From Psammoneis japonica (taxonomy: Eukaryota): DNA of 64,000 bases. Location: positions 1 to 64,000 of the forward strand of contig QPGO01000009.1 of the NCBI GenBank assembly GCA_008632985.1. The letters are read 5' to 3'. The notes below the pieces were generated by a model. The model was given only the letters and a program-made list of their open reading frames with translations, searched no databases and was not told where the DNA came from. A program made the translations under genes and the position numbers. Positions 11,810 to 26,998 of the stretch are shown here, piece by piece (the first letter of the stretch is position 1; every line of letters starts with the position of its first letter).

Positions 11810-12090
11810 CAACTAGAGTAGCCCTGGAGTAGAGAGTAGCACTAGTTAGTAGTAGCTAGAGCTAGAGTAGCTACTTCTAGCTAGCTAGCTAGCTAGCTAG
11901 CTAGAGAGAGTAGCTAGCTCTCTCTAGAGAGTAGAGTAGTAACGACTTTCTCGTGGAGTCGTGCGCGAATGCTCTCTCTCTACTCTACTCTCTACTTTAG
12001 CTACTAGTAGTAGAGTTAGAGCTGGAATAGAGAGTAGCTGCTACCTCTCTCTAGTAGTGTCCTAGCTAGAGTAGAGAGTACAAGTAGTAC
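11810..12090. repeat. CTAG/TAGAGAG low-complexity tract
   Basis: (CTAG)n run at ~11877-11903 embedded in AGAGTAG/CTACTCT words. Confidence 0.8.
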
Positions 12091-13524
12091 TTTTGCGGCA
12101 TAGAGTACTGTGGTAGTGGACGGTCTGAAGCAATGGCAGATTTTGTACATTTGTATCGTATCATTTGGTGTCTAGCACCGATGTGGAAGGCTTTCGCAAG
12201 TGTCGTTTCGTCAAACAACTCTCTGCAGATGAGAATCAAAAGCCATGCTACAAAATCTTCCAAACTCTAGCTTGTTCATTGTTTGCTAGTAGTAAGTGCC
12301 TGTATGCATCCGAAGGGAACAGCTCTTCTCCAAGATCATTGCTTGTCTCGCAACGAATGCCAAATTATCTCGATGATCGGGGTGAGCCTTGCCAAAGGTG
12401 TGCCGGACGAGCTCCGTAGCATGGGGGGGCTAGTCTTTAAGTCTTTGACGCAATCTTTCCAACAGAAAATAGTCCAATACTTGCTGTTTTCTTTGACGAA
12501 AGATGGTTCAGCGTAATATAGTACACGGGAATGACATCAGAGGCATGGTAGCAATCGGGACCGAGACTGGCCGCAAGAGATACCAGCACCGACAGATGAA
12601 CAGGGCTAGCGCATCCCAAAGATTGAAGTTGTCGACGGCGTTTTCGAAAACACTGTATGGTCGCCGAGATTCCGAAGCTCACAGCTCACAGTCGCTCAAA
12701 ACGTTGAGGTCTCTACCTGATCCATGCCCGTGACCAGTCCGTAACATTGCTATTCCGTTCTCGAATTGAGTAGGAATTTAGCACTACGATACCGGCCACC
12801 CACACCTCTCAAGAGTTCCTACAACAGTTCTTTGTTTTCCTTTTGATCTGAATCTGGAAATTCTGCGTCATCGTTGCTTGAGTTAAAATAGATAGCGAGA
12901 GGCGAAAGAGAATGAACGCAAAGATGCAATTACAGACTCAAGACCTCCCAGCTGGGAGTGGGATGTAGACTACGGTAACCCTTGCTTTAGCTTGTTGGTC
13001 CTCACGTTGCTTCCAAACAGAACAGGACTCTGCGTTGGATGCGTTGATTGAGCTTTTATCTGTGAGACCTTGCATCGATGCCCCCTGGAATTCTTAGCTT
13101 AGCGGGCTATCGATCGGTCCTTTGTAGTTTTGTGAATTTGCTTTACTGAAATCTATTTCTCAGATAATGTTTGATAGTGCATACTGTCTGATGAGACCTA
13201 CAGTGGAGTAGCGCTTTGCGGAACTCCTCCTATGCATCTTGGTCTCGTTCATCAGCAGGTCGCCCTTGACTTTTTAGACACCTCGCGATGAACTAAATCG
13301 AAAATCTAATCGTCATTCGTGACGTTCGCGTTTCAACAGAGCTAGTACCAACGACGCTCTAGCCCGGGCGCAGGGACTTCTACCGTACGGCTATTGTCGA
13401 ACTCGACCTTGATCTCGACGGGAAATCGTTGGACTCATTCATAGATAAGCAGAGACCATCTACGAGGTACAGAAGGGCAGGTACGAAAATTTTGTTTCTA
13501 GCGGTGGAAATTAGGACCTGGTGA

Positions 13525-13610
13525 AAAAACACGCACTAGAGCCAAAATCGTCATTGCAGGTGACGATTCTTGCTCCCTAAAAACACGCACTAGAGCCAAA
13601 ATCGTCATTG
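13525..13610. repeat. ~32-bp direct repeat AAAAACACGCACTAGAGCCAAAATCGTCATTG
   Basis: Copies at ~13525-13556 and 13579-13610. Confidence 0.85.
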
Positions 13611-13789
13611 TTTTGGTGGGCAGTTCTTCCGTTCCCCGGTCTCTGCATTGGGTGTAGGAGGAGGTATTGTCCATAACGGTAGAGTGGTAATCTCCCTAAA
13701 TACATTTCGGAGAATCAATCGCATACAACGACTCGGAAGCAAACTTTACGAGTACTGCTCACACCCTCACCGGCAGGCTGGCAGGAACG

Positions 13790-15580
13790 TCACTCAAGCG
13801 AATAAGACTTAAAAGCAGGTGTCGTCGGTTGCTGTGGCTTTTGAATAACTAAGCCACTCAACTCCCCTCGTCTTGTTGGTAAGCATTGTCGTCGATGCTC
13901 TGGATTTTCGCACCGACGTAAAGCGTTTGTTTGGGACCGTTGTTTAGCACTTTCCTTGGCATTGTACGCATGAGAATTCACAAACACCGAGTCGATAGCT
14001 TGCAACAAATCTTTTCCTTTCCGCATGTTCCACTTCAAGGTCGACTCCGTTGAAAGTTTGCCTTCTCTCTGCAAGGCCGCGCAAATGTCTCGGAAACAAA
14101 TCGACGAATGCCGAATCATATCCCCATCAAGCGGCTTTCCAGCGGCAACCAAAAACACTTCATCGATTGGATCAAGAAACTGTCGTGCGTCGCGCTTTTG
14201 CAAAATGGAAGCAAACAATCGAAGAGCAATCACGCATTGGACTCGCGAGTTGCAAAAGCACGAGCTGTCCAACATTATGGAAACTACCGTGCCTTGCTGA
14301 TTAGTTTCAAACAAAATTTCGTCCGCCGTCATGGACGAATTCGAACCCTCGGTAGATGCGGAAATAGCGGTAGAAACCTCCGCCGCCAAGCCGTCTACTG
14401 TGGCCCAAAATTCCTCTGCAATTGTTGCAGCATTTTCCTACATACCGGAATCACGTGGTTGTCCTCTTTCACTTCATAGCTGCCACTCTTATCAAAGTGT
14501 TTGTCACACATGCAACACTTTGTACCAGAGGCCGCATTGAGCATGGTACGACGTGTGCACCGTAAGGGCTGGACGATAACCTTTCCCGAGACTCCAGCTA
14601 CTTCAATGTCACTGTCATCGTCCGAAACATCTCCGCCCTTGGCAATAGTATGAAAGGGACCACGCGCTTTTGTTACTGTCGTCACGACGTTGCTCTCACC
14701 AATCTCTGATTTCCTTCGCTTGGCTTGTCCCTGACTCATTACTTCCGATTTCTTTTTGGCTGGGCTGCTAGCCTCTTTTGTTTAATCTCATGGACTTCAT
14801 CGTCATCGTCAATACAAATCACACCGTCATCCTCTGGGTCAAAATAAGAAACACCCCGCAAGGCATACTCGAGTCGATGAAAAAAAGGCAAATACGGGTG
14901 AGCCGAACTCTGTTCTTGATACGAAACCGGCACGTCTCCTTTCAAAAAATCATACGTTCTCTTGGCCATGGGTCTCAGTCGCTCGGCGAGTTTACGCGTA
15001 TTTTCTGCTTTACGATCCATTTTCTGGATAGCCGTCAAGATACATTCCAAATCGTTGCAAATCGCAATAAGTGCCCCACGGTGTTTCAAAACCCCTTGCG
15101 CAATCCCCACGATTCTCCATCCTTCATCCCACCCAAAAACGCATTCTTCTTTAACGACTGCACGTAATTCTTGCTGACACGACACAAGAAAATCCACACA
15201 GGGCAAACAGCGTCGTTGCACTTCAGTTGTTCTTGTCTTGACTCGTTCGACAATTTGTGTGCCCGTCATGGGTTCTAACGATACACCCGAAACCTCAATC
15301 GAAATTTTATCGAGCCATTCTTCGGCATGAGATAATTTGCGATAATAATTTTGTACAGGATGTTGTTGCTGCATCATGCTGCTGAACGGCGTTGGAGAAG
15401 AAATCACGTTGGACTTCTGTGCAATGTTGTCGAATTTCTCGGCGGCAATGGCTTTACACATGATGAAACTGCGCCCACACCCTCTTACACAAACACAATG
15501 CCTCGATCATCATTCCAATCATTTTAAAGAGACAAGGGTGACAATATATTTGTTCCGTACATACCTGGGTCGTTTCTTAC
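13790..15580 (-). pseudogene. degraded gene with a C-terminal bromodomain-like region
   Basis: Three consecutive minus-strand ORFs (14739-15461, 14395-14739, 13790-14389) separated by frame breaks. The last has ILQKRDARQFLDPID...DMIRH..ICFRDI...DLLQAIDSVFVNSHAYN, resembling bromodomain helices. Confidence 0.55.
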
Positions 15581-17084
15581 CTCGCCCTCACTGTTGTTCT
15601 CGGGCAGCTCAGAAACAACGAGAGCGCGACCTGTCGGAGTTTCGAACGTGACCTCCCAACTGATTGCTGCAATAATTAGGCCTGAACAGCATTCTTATAT
15701 GATGATCAAAGCGGAAACATTATGTCTCAAGAGTCTTGTATACCAACGCATCGAATAAAGCTCGCCCGAGTGCGGTTCAGCATAGAATGTTGCCAATCAC
15801 TCTTCCCTTGTTCAGTCAAAGACTGATTTCCGCTCTGTACGTGGCAGAAGTCCCGGTATTGTCACACAACTTGTTACTGTAGTCACATTCAGTATTTAAT
15901 AATGAGACACGTTCGAAGCATCGCAGCATCGCGACTTGAAGCTCAGGAACAAGACGCCAGCGCAATGGTGAGAGGAAATGCAGAGAAAAGAAACAAAAAA
16001 AAACTGTAAAAAATCGAAAATACTGGAGTACATTCAAAAACATAAATAAATGGATAAAAAGTGGGGAAAACTCGACATTCAATGATTTATTGACGTGAAT
16101 GTATAAATGGAATTTCCCAGGACTTTCGCGCTTTTGTTTCTTTGTTTTTTGGAGATTGGAGATGACGCACAGCCTGAAGCCACCCACACAACAGTATTGG
16201 CCTTGTTTAAGCTATTCTTGATCGTTTTCGTTCATTGAAGATACGCACATTACTTTTAGGAGTCCTTATTGTTAGGTAAGGCCCTTGGTTTGGCGAGAAA
16301 CGGAGTTGTCGTTGTGTAGAAATTAAAACATGGGTCTTTTCGCTGTTGTCTTCGCCGAATGTGAGCGGCAAACCCATGCTTTGATGTTTATTCGTTCAAT
16401 ACACCTCCTCTGTTTCGTACCATTGCTGTCATCTCTTTGTTATAGATGCGAAAAGTATCCCCTGTCTTGGGTATGCTTTTTGTTTGATCTGTGGCGAGAA
16501 ATATCGGTCGCACTCGTGTGGTCTCGCGTCGGCATTTTGTAACTTGTAACTAACAGCGACCCATACTTTTTTTGTTTATTCATTCATTTCGTATCTTCTG
16601 TAGGTTCTTCTCTCGAAAGGAATTGTCTCAAGTCATCTAGGTTTGAGTGGCATCGTCGAGTCTCGAGTGGTTTTGATGCGTCTCGAGTTGCATCGTCTCG
16701 AGTCACGACTGGTTTAGAGGACGAATGAATAGAAATGGGAACAACAAATCTTTACACAGAGTGGGGTACTACATCATCTGGCACTGAATCGTTGTGTTCA
16801 GTGGTTGATGGCGGTGCTCCATTCTGTTCCCATGGAATGCCGAATGTACCGAAACCTACCTGAATGCAGATCCGTTCTGAGTCGGTGGTCTAGAGGTGCC
16901 AAAAGGCGCTTCCACCGATATTGAATATGGGGCCATTCGGTGAATGCTGTGGTGTCTCGGTAAGTGAATGTTACTACACTCGGTAAATCCTCTCAAGTTG
17001 CTCCTGCATGTCACTGACTGGCCTCATCGGCCGTCACTCGTACAGATATCCGACGACACTATCGTAACAGGAAACCGCAGCAAG

Positions 17085-17766
17085 CAACATACCCAATTGG
17101 TGTCCCTGTAGAGTTTGAGTCCCCACTGTTCAAGGGAAGCATTCTCATTCGGCTTCGAAACACAACCTCACGATGTACATGTTGAATGACGCTCAAGGGT
17201 AAAGCAAGTGCCAGTTCAAGGACAGTTCAAAGAGCCGTTGAAAATGTCGTACGTTTACTTTGGTGACGTGTTCCAAAAGCCTCTGAATTCATCCGGCACC
17301 GCCTCCTTCGATTGGAAATATCATCAAGAGCTTTATTCGTAGACTGTCACCGGGTGTGATTGTAGATCTTACTTTGCAAGAGCCGTGCGTACTAGAGCTC
17401 CTTGCCGGCGGAGCACAGAGCTTCAGCATAGACTTGCCCCGGAACGAACCTCATATGCTACAAGCTGACATACCCGAGAACACAAGTTTGCTCGGACAGT
17501 ACTTCAAGTCATCAGAGTACGGAAGAGGGAGCTCTCTACGCCGACACGCGCGGCAGATTACACATTTGATACAAAGCTCATATGTACATACCTTTCACAG
17601 CTATGACAACTTGTTGGATCTTGGGACTTATCATTTTCACCTGCCGCTGTTGGGAGGCTTTGACATGACGAAAACGCTGGATGGGCAGCCATTGTCATCC
17701 AGTGCTATAACGAGGGATGGGCGATATATTCCTTTTGATTCAGTGTTTGGCACGAGCGTTTGTTGA
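17085..17766 (+). pseudogene. DUF1769-like protein, disrupted
   Basis: PIGVPVEFESPLFKGSILIRLR, GQFKEPLKMSYVYFGDVFQKPL and ENTSLLG...HTFHSYDNLLD..Y..HLP..G.FDMTKTLDGQPL resemble DUF1769 motifs from memory. The pieces are separated by stops or frameshifts. Confidence 0.55.
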
Positions 17767-18149
17767 CGAACTGACTCAGGAGATAGATGCAATTCATCAT
17801 TTGTGTTCATATGCATCTCATAAAGGATAAGGAAAACTAATCCCACGTACCGTACCGGCGGAGTAGCACTTTTGTTTGCGACTTGTCAGTTCGACAGTAA
17901 CGTCCAATGTTGCAACAAGATTTTGAAATAGTTGCCAGTATAGTGTCGACTTTTCTCAATAACAATTCGTTTGGTGTTCCACTTCGAGTTTGCAGATTTT
18001 GCAGATTGATACAAACACCGACAGTGAGGAGTCAGTCGATTCGATTAATCGCCGAAGATATAGAATATCACGATTATGAAAGATACCATGTGCTGCTCCG
18101 CCTCCCTCTACAGTTCATTTATTTAGTTAATACAAGCCAGCAGACATTG

Positions 18150-18455
18150 TGCTTTTGAATTTGCTCCTTAGCATGCCATTCTAGAAGTAGAAGAATCATT
18201 GCTTCATTGCCTTCACACGCTGCGCAGCAAAGGGCCGTTGCGCCACGCTCGTCAGTCCAACTGGCATTGGCGCCGTGCTGGAAGAGAATTCGTGCCCCCT
18301 CCACATTGTCCCACTCGATGGCAGCAATCAAAGGAGTCATGCCCTCTTCCCCAAGCACGTCAACCACCTCAGGATTGAATTTTAGAAGCTCATCCATGAT
18401 GCCTGCTTGGTCTTGGTGCAAAGCTGCCAAGTGGAGAGCTGTTGAATCCAGAAAG
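18150..18455 (-). pseudogene. ankyrin-repeat gene fragment at the edge of island 2
   Basis: Three ankyrin repeats: STALHLAA, GMTPLIAAIEWDNVEGARILFQHGAN, GATALCCAACEGNEAMILLLLE. Confidence 0.75.
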
Positions 18456-20660
18456 CAGAGAAGAGACAAGATCCAAGTGTTGGCCAATTGGCGAGCCTGC
18501 AAAATGCTGCTGCTGGCATTCAAGCATCCTGCACCCCTCATGACATTGGCAGCAACAAACACCTTTTTAAACAAACAGTCCAGTGTCCAACTTTTTGCCC
18601 CCCTCCTGCTTTCCTCAATTTCATTTCTTGTTTTGCCACAAGAGAGATGGAGCACATGGTTCTCACACAGAAAGCTGTTCTTTTGTCTGACTTTGCAAGA
18701 TCTGCAAGTGAGTGGATGGGTCACATCACCAAGTCTTGTTTAAGTTGTTGCAGACCCCAATTGAGTGAAGATGTTTCACCAACTTGAAAAAACCCTTTTG
18801 ATGGTCATCTCCCATTTCAGAAGGAACATTGTCTTTTGGAATGATGGCAGTTCATGGACCCAGCTTCCCACTGTCTTTCCATCCAACCAAGGAAAAACCA
18901 ATCAAATTGGCAGCTTCTTGAGTGCATTTTCAAAGTGTTGAACAAAGCTCTTCTTCCTGCTGGGTTGCTCCATTTTTCATGATCAGAGACCCTTCTCTGC
19001 ACTCTTCCTTTTCCATCTTGTGGAGAGAGCGCTCAAGAGAGTGGCGCTGACACTTGGTGCAAAGGGTGCTGCACTTTGGGCATGTCAGTTTGTTGCATTT
19101 TCCCAGACCTCTGCATGCTCCTGCAAAGCATTCAACACAAAACCCATGTTTTCTTGAACAACCAATTGTGAAATGCACTCACAGTGCAGCTGGCATTCAC
19201 ACATTGCACTTGGATCAAATGATCATGATGATGAAGAAGAGAGAGCCAGCGAACAAGCAAAGTGTTTGATGCAAGAACTGCAAAGCATTGCCCATCTTGA
19301 GTCATTGCAGTCATTGAATGACAGGCCTCTGAGATTCACACACCATGGTGTGGAGTGTTTTTTGGTGTTGGGTGTGTGCACAGAGGTGCAAAATTTTTAC
19401 AGAGTCAGCGTGCAATGGATGGGCACTGGGTTTTGCGCAACATGGTGCACAAAATCACAGCCAGATGAGTGTCACCCATGTGACACCAATGTTTTGTTTT
19501 GTTTTTGTTTGGACAAATGTTTGGCCTTCCACTTGCCTTGGAATTTTTGGAGCTTGCAAAAGTTTCTGCCACCTTGACTTTGAATTTGTCAAAACACCTT
19601 GAAGCTTCTCTTGTGCCTTCTTGAGCATGTCATCTGCCCTGCAACATCTGCGTCACACTGCTGCTCCAACTTGAGCCAGCTGAAGCTCCACACAGGTCTT
19701 TTGCAAGTTCTCCAACACTTTTTGCACCTGCTTCAATGACTTTTGGTGGATGATCTTGAAGCCACTGCACATTCATGCAGCTGAGCACAAAGCACCCACT
19801 CTGTCAGCAAGGTGATTTCTCAACATGCTTGGCGCGCAAAGAGGCGCAGCTTTGCCTCACTTTTTTGCTGCCTCCTCTGCTGCAGCCAAGCTTGTGGGCA
19901 ACACATTGTCAGTGCAAGTGCAGAGGCAATTTCAGAGCAAAGCAGCACAGCAAAGAGGGCAGCATGTGGCAAAAGAAGCTGCGTCACACAGTGCTTCTCA
20001 TCCTGCAAAGCCTTGCCATGATTTCACAATCTTGCTCATGTCAGTCATTGTGTCAGCATCATTGTGTTCACAAGACCCAGAAGCATGGGAACTTGATCTG
20101 CCACCACAAAATCCACAACTGACAACTCTCTCCACTCTTGTTTTCAAGAAGCTGCAAGATGTGCTCTCTCACACACTCAGCTGTCAGAGAGAGGCACTTT
20201 GTTGGGAGAGCTGATGAAGGCACTCATCACCAACTCGTTGTTGGTCCTGGCCCTGAACTTTTTCATTTTAAAACATGCAACAAGAGGTTGCTGTGTGAGG
20301 CAATGTGGTGGTGGAGTGTGTGGCAAGTTGTCGCACAAACGCGGTTCTCAGCCGCCAAGCAAGAGCCACGCTGGCACAGGACCATGAAGAGTGGTGTTTC
20401 TGACAGTCTGTGGGCAGTCTCTTTTCCTTGACTGGTGGGACAATGAAGCAATGATGAGTCTTGTCTGGGCACATGCTTGTGGCAGGATGATTCAATGAGG
20501 TTGGCCATTGCATTGCAGGGGTGGCAAGCTGTGTCCATTGAGCCGCAGGTTGTTTGGTGCTGCTCTTGCAGCAGCACCAGGACTCTTGCAGTGACAAGTT
20601 GACACAGAGAGAGCATGATGCAACAACGAGTGCTTGCTTGAAACAACTGCTCTAACTGCT
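18350..20660. other. CpG- and TpA-depleted hypermutated island 2
   Basis: Same TG/CA-saturated composition as island 1. Contains a RING-like Cys remnant (HGFCVECF...CPKC) on the minus strand at ~19070-19150. Confidence 0.85.
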
Positions 20661-20991
20661 CTGGGTGTTACGGTTTGGGCAAGCGATGGTTGTTTGCTTT
20701 TGCTTTCTCTCTCTGAGTACGACTTTTGAGGTGTGTCATGATGTATTCAGATTTATATTGTCCTGAAGACTGCAAATGACATCGTCATTACCTGACATCT
20801 ACAAAATCGTATAAAAATTTAAATCGCATCATACATTCAAGACTCTTGTGCCTTGGATATGTAGCATTACTTTTTCGGAGCGCGGACAGACTTTCGCTGC
20901 TTTTGTTTTTGTGGACTCAGTACCAGTTTTGGAGTATGTATGATCCCTGCTTGCGTGCACATTGCACACTACGTAATTCGAAAGAGTGACC

Positions 20992-22629
20992 ATGACGACG
21001 ACCGTGCCAGCAGCCCCTGCCTCTTGTTCTGCTAAGGACAACCCTGGTGTCGACTCCACCACGACGACTCCTTCTGTTTCAGATGAGAAAAAGAAAATCA
21101 CATGCACCTCGGAATCCAAGCACGACACAAAGACAAACCCAAGCTTGCCCCCAACGAAATCGGCGCTCGATGTCAGCAAGAACAACGAGTCGTCCCTCGC
21201 CACAGCCCCGGGTGCAGCTCCTCCTTCGGTAAAATCAAAAGCTTTGTCGAATTCTGGCTCTGATAGTACAGGTGATGTAGCAAAACATTCAGCGTCATCT
21301 GCGAAGAAACCGGCTGCTGCAAGCAGTAAGAATCATCCTGCTGACAAGTCCCACACATCGACCGCGGATAAGACGACTCCAACCGTGTCTCAGAAAGCAG
21401 TAGCAGTTCGAGAATCTTCAACTGCATCAGAACATGGCGTAAAGAAAATCGCCACCGACACCGAGCAAGGGACAAGTCAAGGAATCAGTGACAAGAAACA
21501 TGCAAACACGACTCCGCCTGGTGAGCCGACGAGCAAGAAGCGCAAAGTCGCAGCTGATACCAGCGGCAATCCGTCACGTGCTGTTCCTGTAACGCCGCAC
21601 ATGCCCCTTGCGGACCCAGTTGTAGTTCAAACTTCTCATGACATAATGTCCCTGCTACAAACGTGTAAGTGGATTTGTGGTGTTGATGATTCAATGCTTC
21701 CTCGCAATGAAGCTCACCTCGTACTCTTTCTTACCTGTACTTGTACAGACGGGCCGCTTTCTCTGGAGCAACTGGAATACAATCTCCCACCAATACAATC
21801 GTCTCGAGAGTCTTACATACCACGTGGTGGGCATGTCAAACTGGGACCCAATACATTGCAACATATTGTTGAAGTGTTGGTGGCAACGGGTGTTGTGCAG
21901 GTGACAATCAAGAGCCCGATACCGGGGCAGCCGCAACCGAAAGAACCAACTAGACTGTATTGTATGTTGGATGGAATACCCCGCGCCGATGTTATGCTTC
22001 CGACACAAGTTTTGCCTAATTTAGAGAGAGCCATTGTCGAGGAGGAACGCACAAACGAACGCATCGCCATGTTGCACAAGGCTCTTGATGCCGAAACCAA
22101 AGTTCAAGCACGGGAGGAGTTGAAGCAAATATTGCTCAAATACCCAGAAGTTGTTCAGGATCCTGTGTTTGTCTCGGGTCTCAAGTGTATGCACATTGAT
22201 GTTGCAGCTGTGGAACGAGACCGCACTAAAACAGCAGCGCCGGCTTCAAAGGCAGCCAAGACCGCAAAACGAAAATCGAAAACTACGGCGAAGGGCCGCC
22301 CTAACGAGGCATCAAAGGAAGAAGCCGGTACGAGCGAGAGCATCAGAGCGTCTTCTTCGACTAAGGATGCAAGTGCAAAGTCTACGTCCTTGAATAAGGA
22401 AAAGCAGGCGTCGACTGCCGAGGAAGTCGCTCAAACGGACACGGAAACCCAAGAGAGAGACTTGAGCACCAAGACTACTGACGACGTCTCGCCGACCGTA
22501 ACGAAAGAACCAACGGACGAACCACCTCTATCGGCAACAAAAGTTCAAACCGCAACAGCCGCGGCTCCACTGTCCAAGAATACGGTAAAAGCGGAGCAAG
22601 AAAAAACGAAGCAGAAAAATCTCAAGTAA
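20992..22629 (+). CDS. hypothetical protein (low-complexity Ser/Thr/Lys ends, central folded domain), probably with one intron ~21665-21748
   Basis: Long ORF. The GTAAGT...TTGTACAG segment is 84 bp and in frame, so it reads through in the ORF track. Confidence 0.75.
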   Translation: MTTTVPAAPASCSAKDNPGVDSTTTTPSVSDEKKKITCTSESKHDTKTNPSLPPTKSALDVSKNNESSLATAPGAAPPSVKSKALSNSGSDSTGDVAKHSASSAKKPAAASSKNHPADKSHTSTADKTTPTVSQKAVAVRESSTASEHGVKKIATDTEQGTSQGISDKKHANTTPPGEPTSKKRKVAADTSGNPSRAVPVTPHMPLADPVVVQTSHDIMSLLQTCKWICGVDDSMLPRNEAHLVLFLTCTCTDGPLSLEQLEYNLPPIQSSRESYIPRGGHVKLGPNTLQHIVEVLVATGVVQVTIKSPIPGQPQPKEPTRLYCMLDGIPRADVMLPTQVLPNLERAIVEEERTNERIAMLHKALDAETKVQAREELKQILLKYPEVVQDPVFVSGLKCMHIDVAAVERDRTKTAAPASKAAKTAKRKSKTTAKGRPNEASKEEAGTSESIRASSSTKDASAKSTSLNKEKQASTAEEVAQTDTETQERDLSTKTTDDVSPTVTKEPTDEPPLSATKVQTATAAAPLSKNTVKAEQEKTKQKNLK

Positions 22630-23743
22630 CGTGTCATTGCCACAATGAGCGACGACGTACGTACACCGTGCCGCCTTGTCATGGAACGCAACGCGAGTTG
22701 CACTAGAGCGGAGCACTGACGAAGCTATTCAAGCTAGTGACATACTCTCTAGAGTAGCTTTTCATTACCATTTCACCAATCTGTCACAAGCCACGATCAT
22801 TTGTATTGCTGAACGACACATGAACCCCGTTGTCTTCTCCAATTGCGGCACTGCTGGTGCATACTTGCTAGAACCAATTTGGACAGTTTCGTGGTGACAT
22901 TCAATATTTTTCTGAACTGTTGTTGGTATCAGTCAGTGCGCACAAATAAGCAAACCATGAACCATAAGTTCACAACGACAATGCTTAGAAGTAGTTCCGC
23001 CCCATATTGCATGTCGTGGTCTATCCAATATGTGCAGTCTTGTCAGACGAAAACGAACGAAAAACCATTGAAAAAGCTTCAAGCTTATAGTATTTCCTAG
23101 CTACGACTAGAAAATTCCTCTGGCCCTCTTAGTAGAGACCATTCTACCGGTATTTTCTACAAGTCCACACTCTCTAGCGTATCCCTATCGTTGCAGCAGA
23201 ATCGTTTCCGGCAATCTTGTTACGAATGTGACAAAGCATTCATACACAAGATCAACTGTGTCATTACGCTAGGATAGACCAACAATACACTTGCCATACC
23301 TTCCACGCTCGTCGCTCTACTCTAAACTCTAAACGATAATTCTAAAGCTACAGGTACGTGTAATGAGTCCTTCACATAATGCACTACAAAGCACTAGAGG
23401 CTAGCAATCCGACAAGATGGTAAGCGGAACTATTGTTGCTTTCAAGCTAATGGATCTCTTCTCGCTTCAGGAAAGCTAAGATGGTCCTATTTCTTTTGTT
23501 GCTGATAAAGTTCGCAATCCCTCTCCAGTGCATGCGCTTTCTCCTTTATTTTTTATTTCCGACTAGAATAAGAGCAACCGCTTCAAATAGAGAGCTGGAG
23601 CATATTCAAAGAAAGTAGCATTTCCTAGGTTAGTCTGCGTTCCTCTCCCGACTTACGAGCAAACAGCCGCGACTCATGCCGCTTAAAGAACATTTTTTGT
23701 CAAAAGCGCCGCCATGAAATCAAAAAGAATGTATTCATATTCG

Positions 23744-24323
23744 CTACTTCTTTGACATCATCATGGAAGCGACACCGGCAACTACTCCAACCGCAGCAAT
23801 TGCAACCGTTCCTCCCACGGCCATTTTCTTGACCTGATCTGCCTCCTGTTGTTCTGCTCCGGCTACGCAGGCTAAATGCAACTCAGCTGCCAGTCGACTC
23901 TCAGGCCTTGTTCTTAGGATTGCTTCGCATCGTGACTAGAAGAAGAAAAGAGACAATATGATGAGATATATTACAGTCCGTCACCACTGCCTCCCAACTC
24001 AAACCGATAAATCACAAACTTACTCGAGCATCGTCGTATTCTTTCAAAAGATACAATGCAACGGCACTACCGTACATGCAGTCATACTGATGTTCGTATC
24101 CATCCTTGACCAAGCCGTCTAGGATTGTGACAGCATAACGAAGTTCTGATTTCTTATCCGACTTGCTGAGGCAAAAGGCGTATTGAAATGTGTTATCCGG
24201 GCTTGGGTTTGTTGCGCACGCAACCGCCAGCTCTTCTAGAATTTCTCGAGAGGGCGTGGCAAGCGCCAGCTTCTCATCGAGCTCTTTTTTCTTCTGCTTC
24301 TGTGACTCTTTCGTAGTACCCAT
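23744..24323 (-). CDS. FIS1: mitochondrial fission protein FIS1 (TPR-like, tail-anchored); exons 24323-24024 and 23935-23744
   Basis: [11 protein letters not shown]...YAVTILDGL...[36 protein letters not shown], then a C-terminal TM ([22 protein letters not shown]) and SKK-stop. GT-AG intron 24023-23936. Confidence 0.88.
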
Positions 24324-24925
24324 GGTCTGTCGACTGTTCTTTTGTGTTTTTGTGTCCTCTTCAAGAAGACCGCAAAGTCGTCGTTGTTCGTTGTTAGAAG
24401 TATGTACGGTACTGTATTTCACTCCCGCAACAGGACGGATCGATGTCGATGTCTTCGCTCTTCGCTTCCATTTCGAGTCGTCAGTCGTCACGCACGAGAC
24501 ACGAGTGCAGAACGGGAGTCGTCCAGACCAACAGTGGTCGCGCTTCGTACGTCATGTCACGACTCAAAGGGTAATAAAATCAGGTTTTGAGTCCATGCTC
24601 AGTTGGGGGGCGTCTTTGGAAGTGAGATCGTCGAAGGCGGTCTGATCGCCAGTGCGTTTGGGGTTTTCCCAGTACAGTTTGTACGCAAAAAATAACACGT
24701 AGGATCTGTCCAGAGGTCCCAAATACCCAATCGCACTGATTGACAGACTGTTTTAGTACAAATTCTACGTAACTTTCTTCGACAGTCTCACTTCCGAAGA
24801 CGTCCCCCACAGTGTGTGCGGCCAACCACCGAAACTTCCCACCACTCTCCATTTCCCTCTCTTCCTTTTCTTGCGCCATTCCCTTCATAACTTTTTGTTT
24901 TGACAGCATGAATGCTAGCGTCAAC

Positions 24926-26998
<2,073 letters not shown>

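Noticed and set aside
24324..24491. N-terminal extension of FIS1 given by the ORF track
   Set aside because: It starts at a non-ATG codon. The ATG at 24323 gives a typical FIS1 length.
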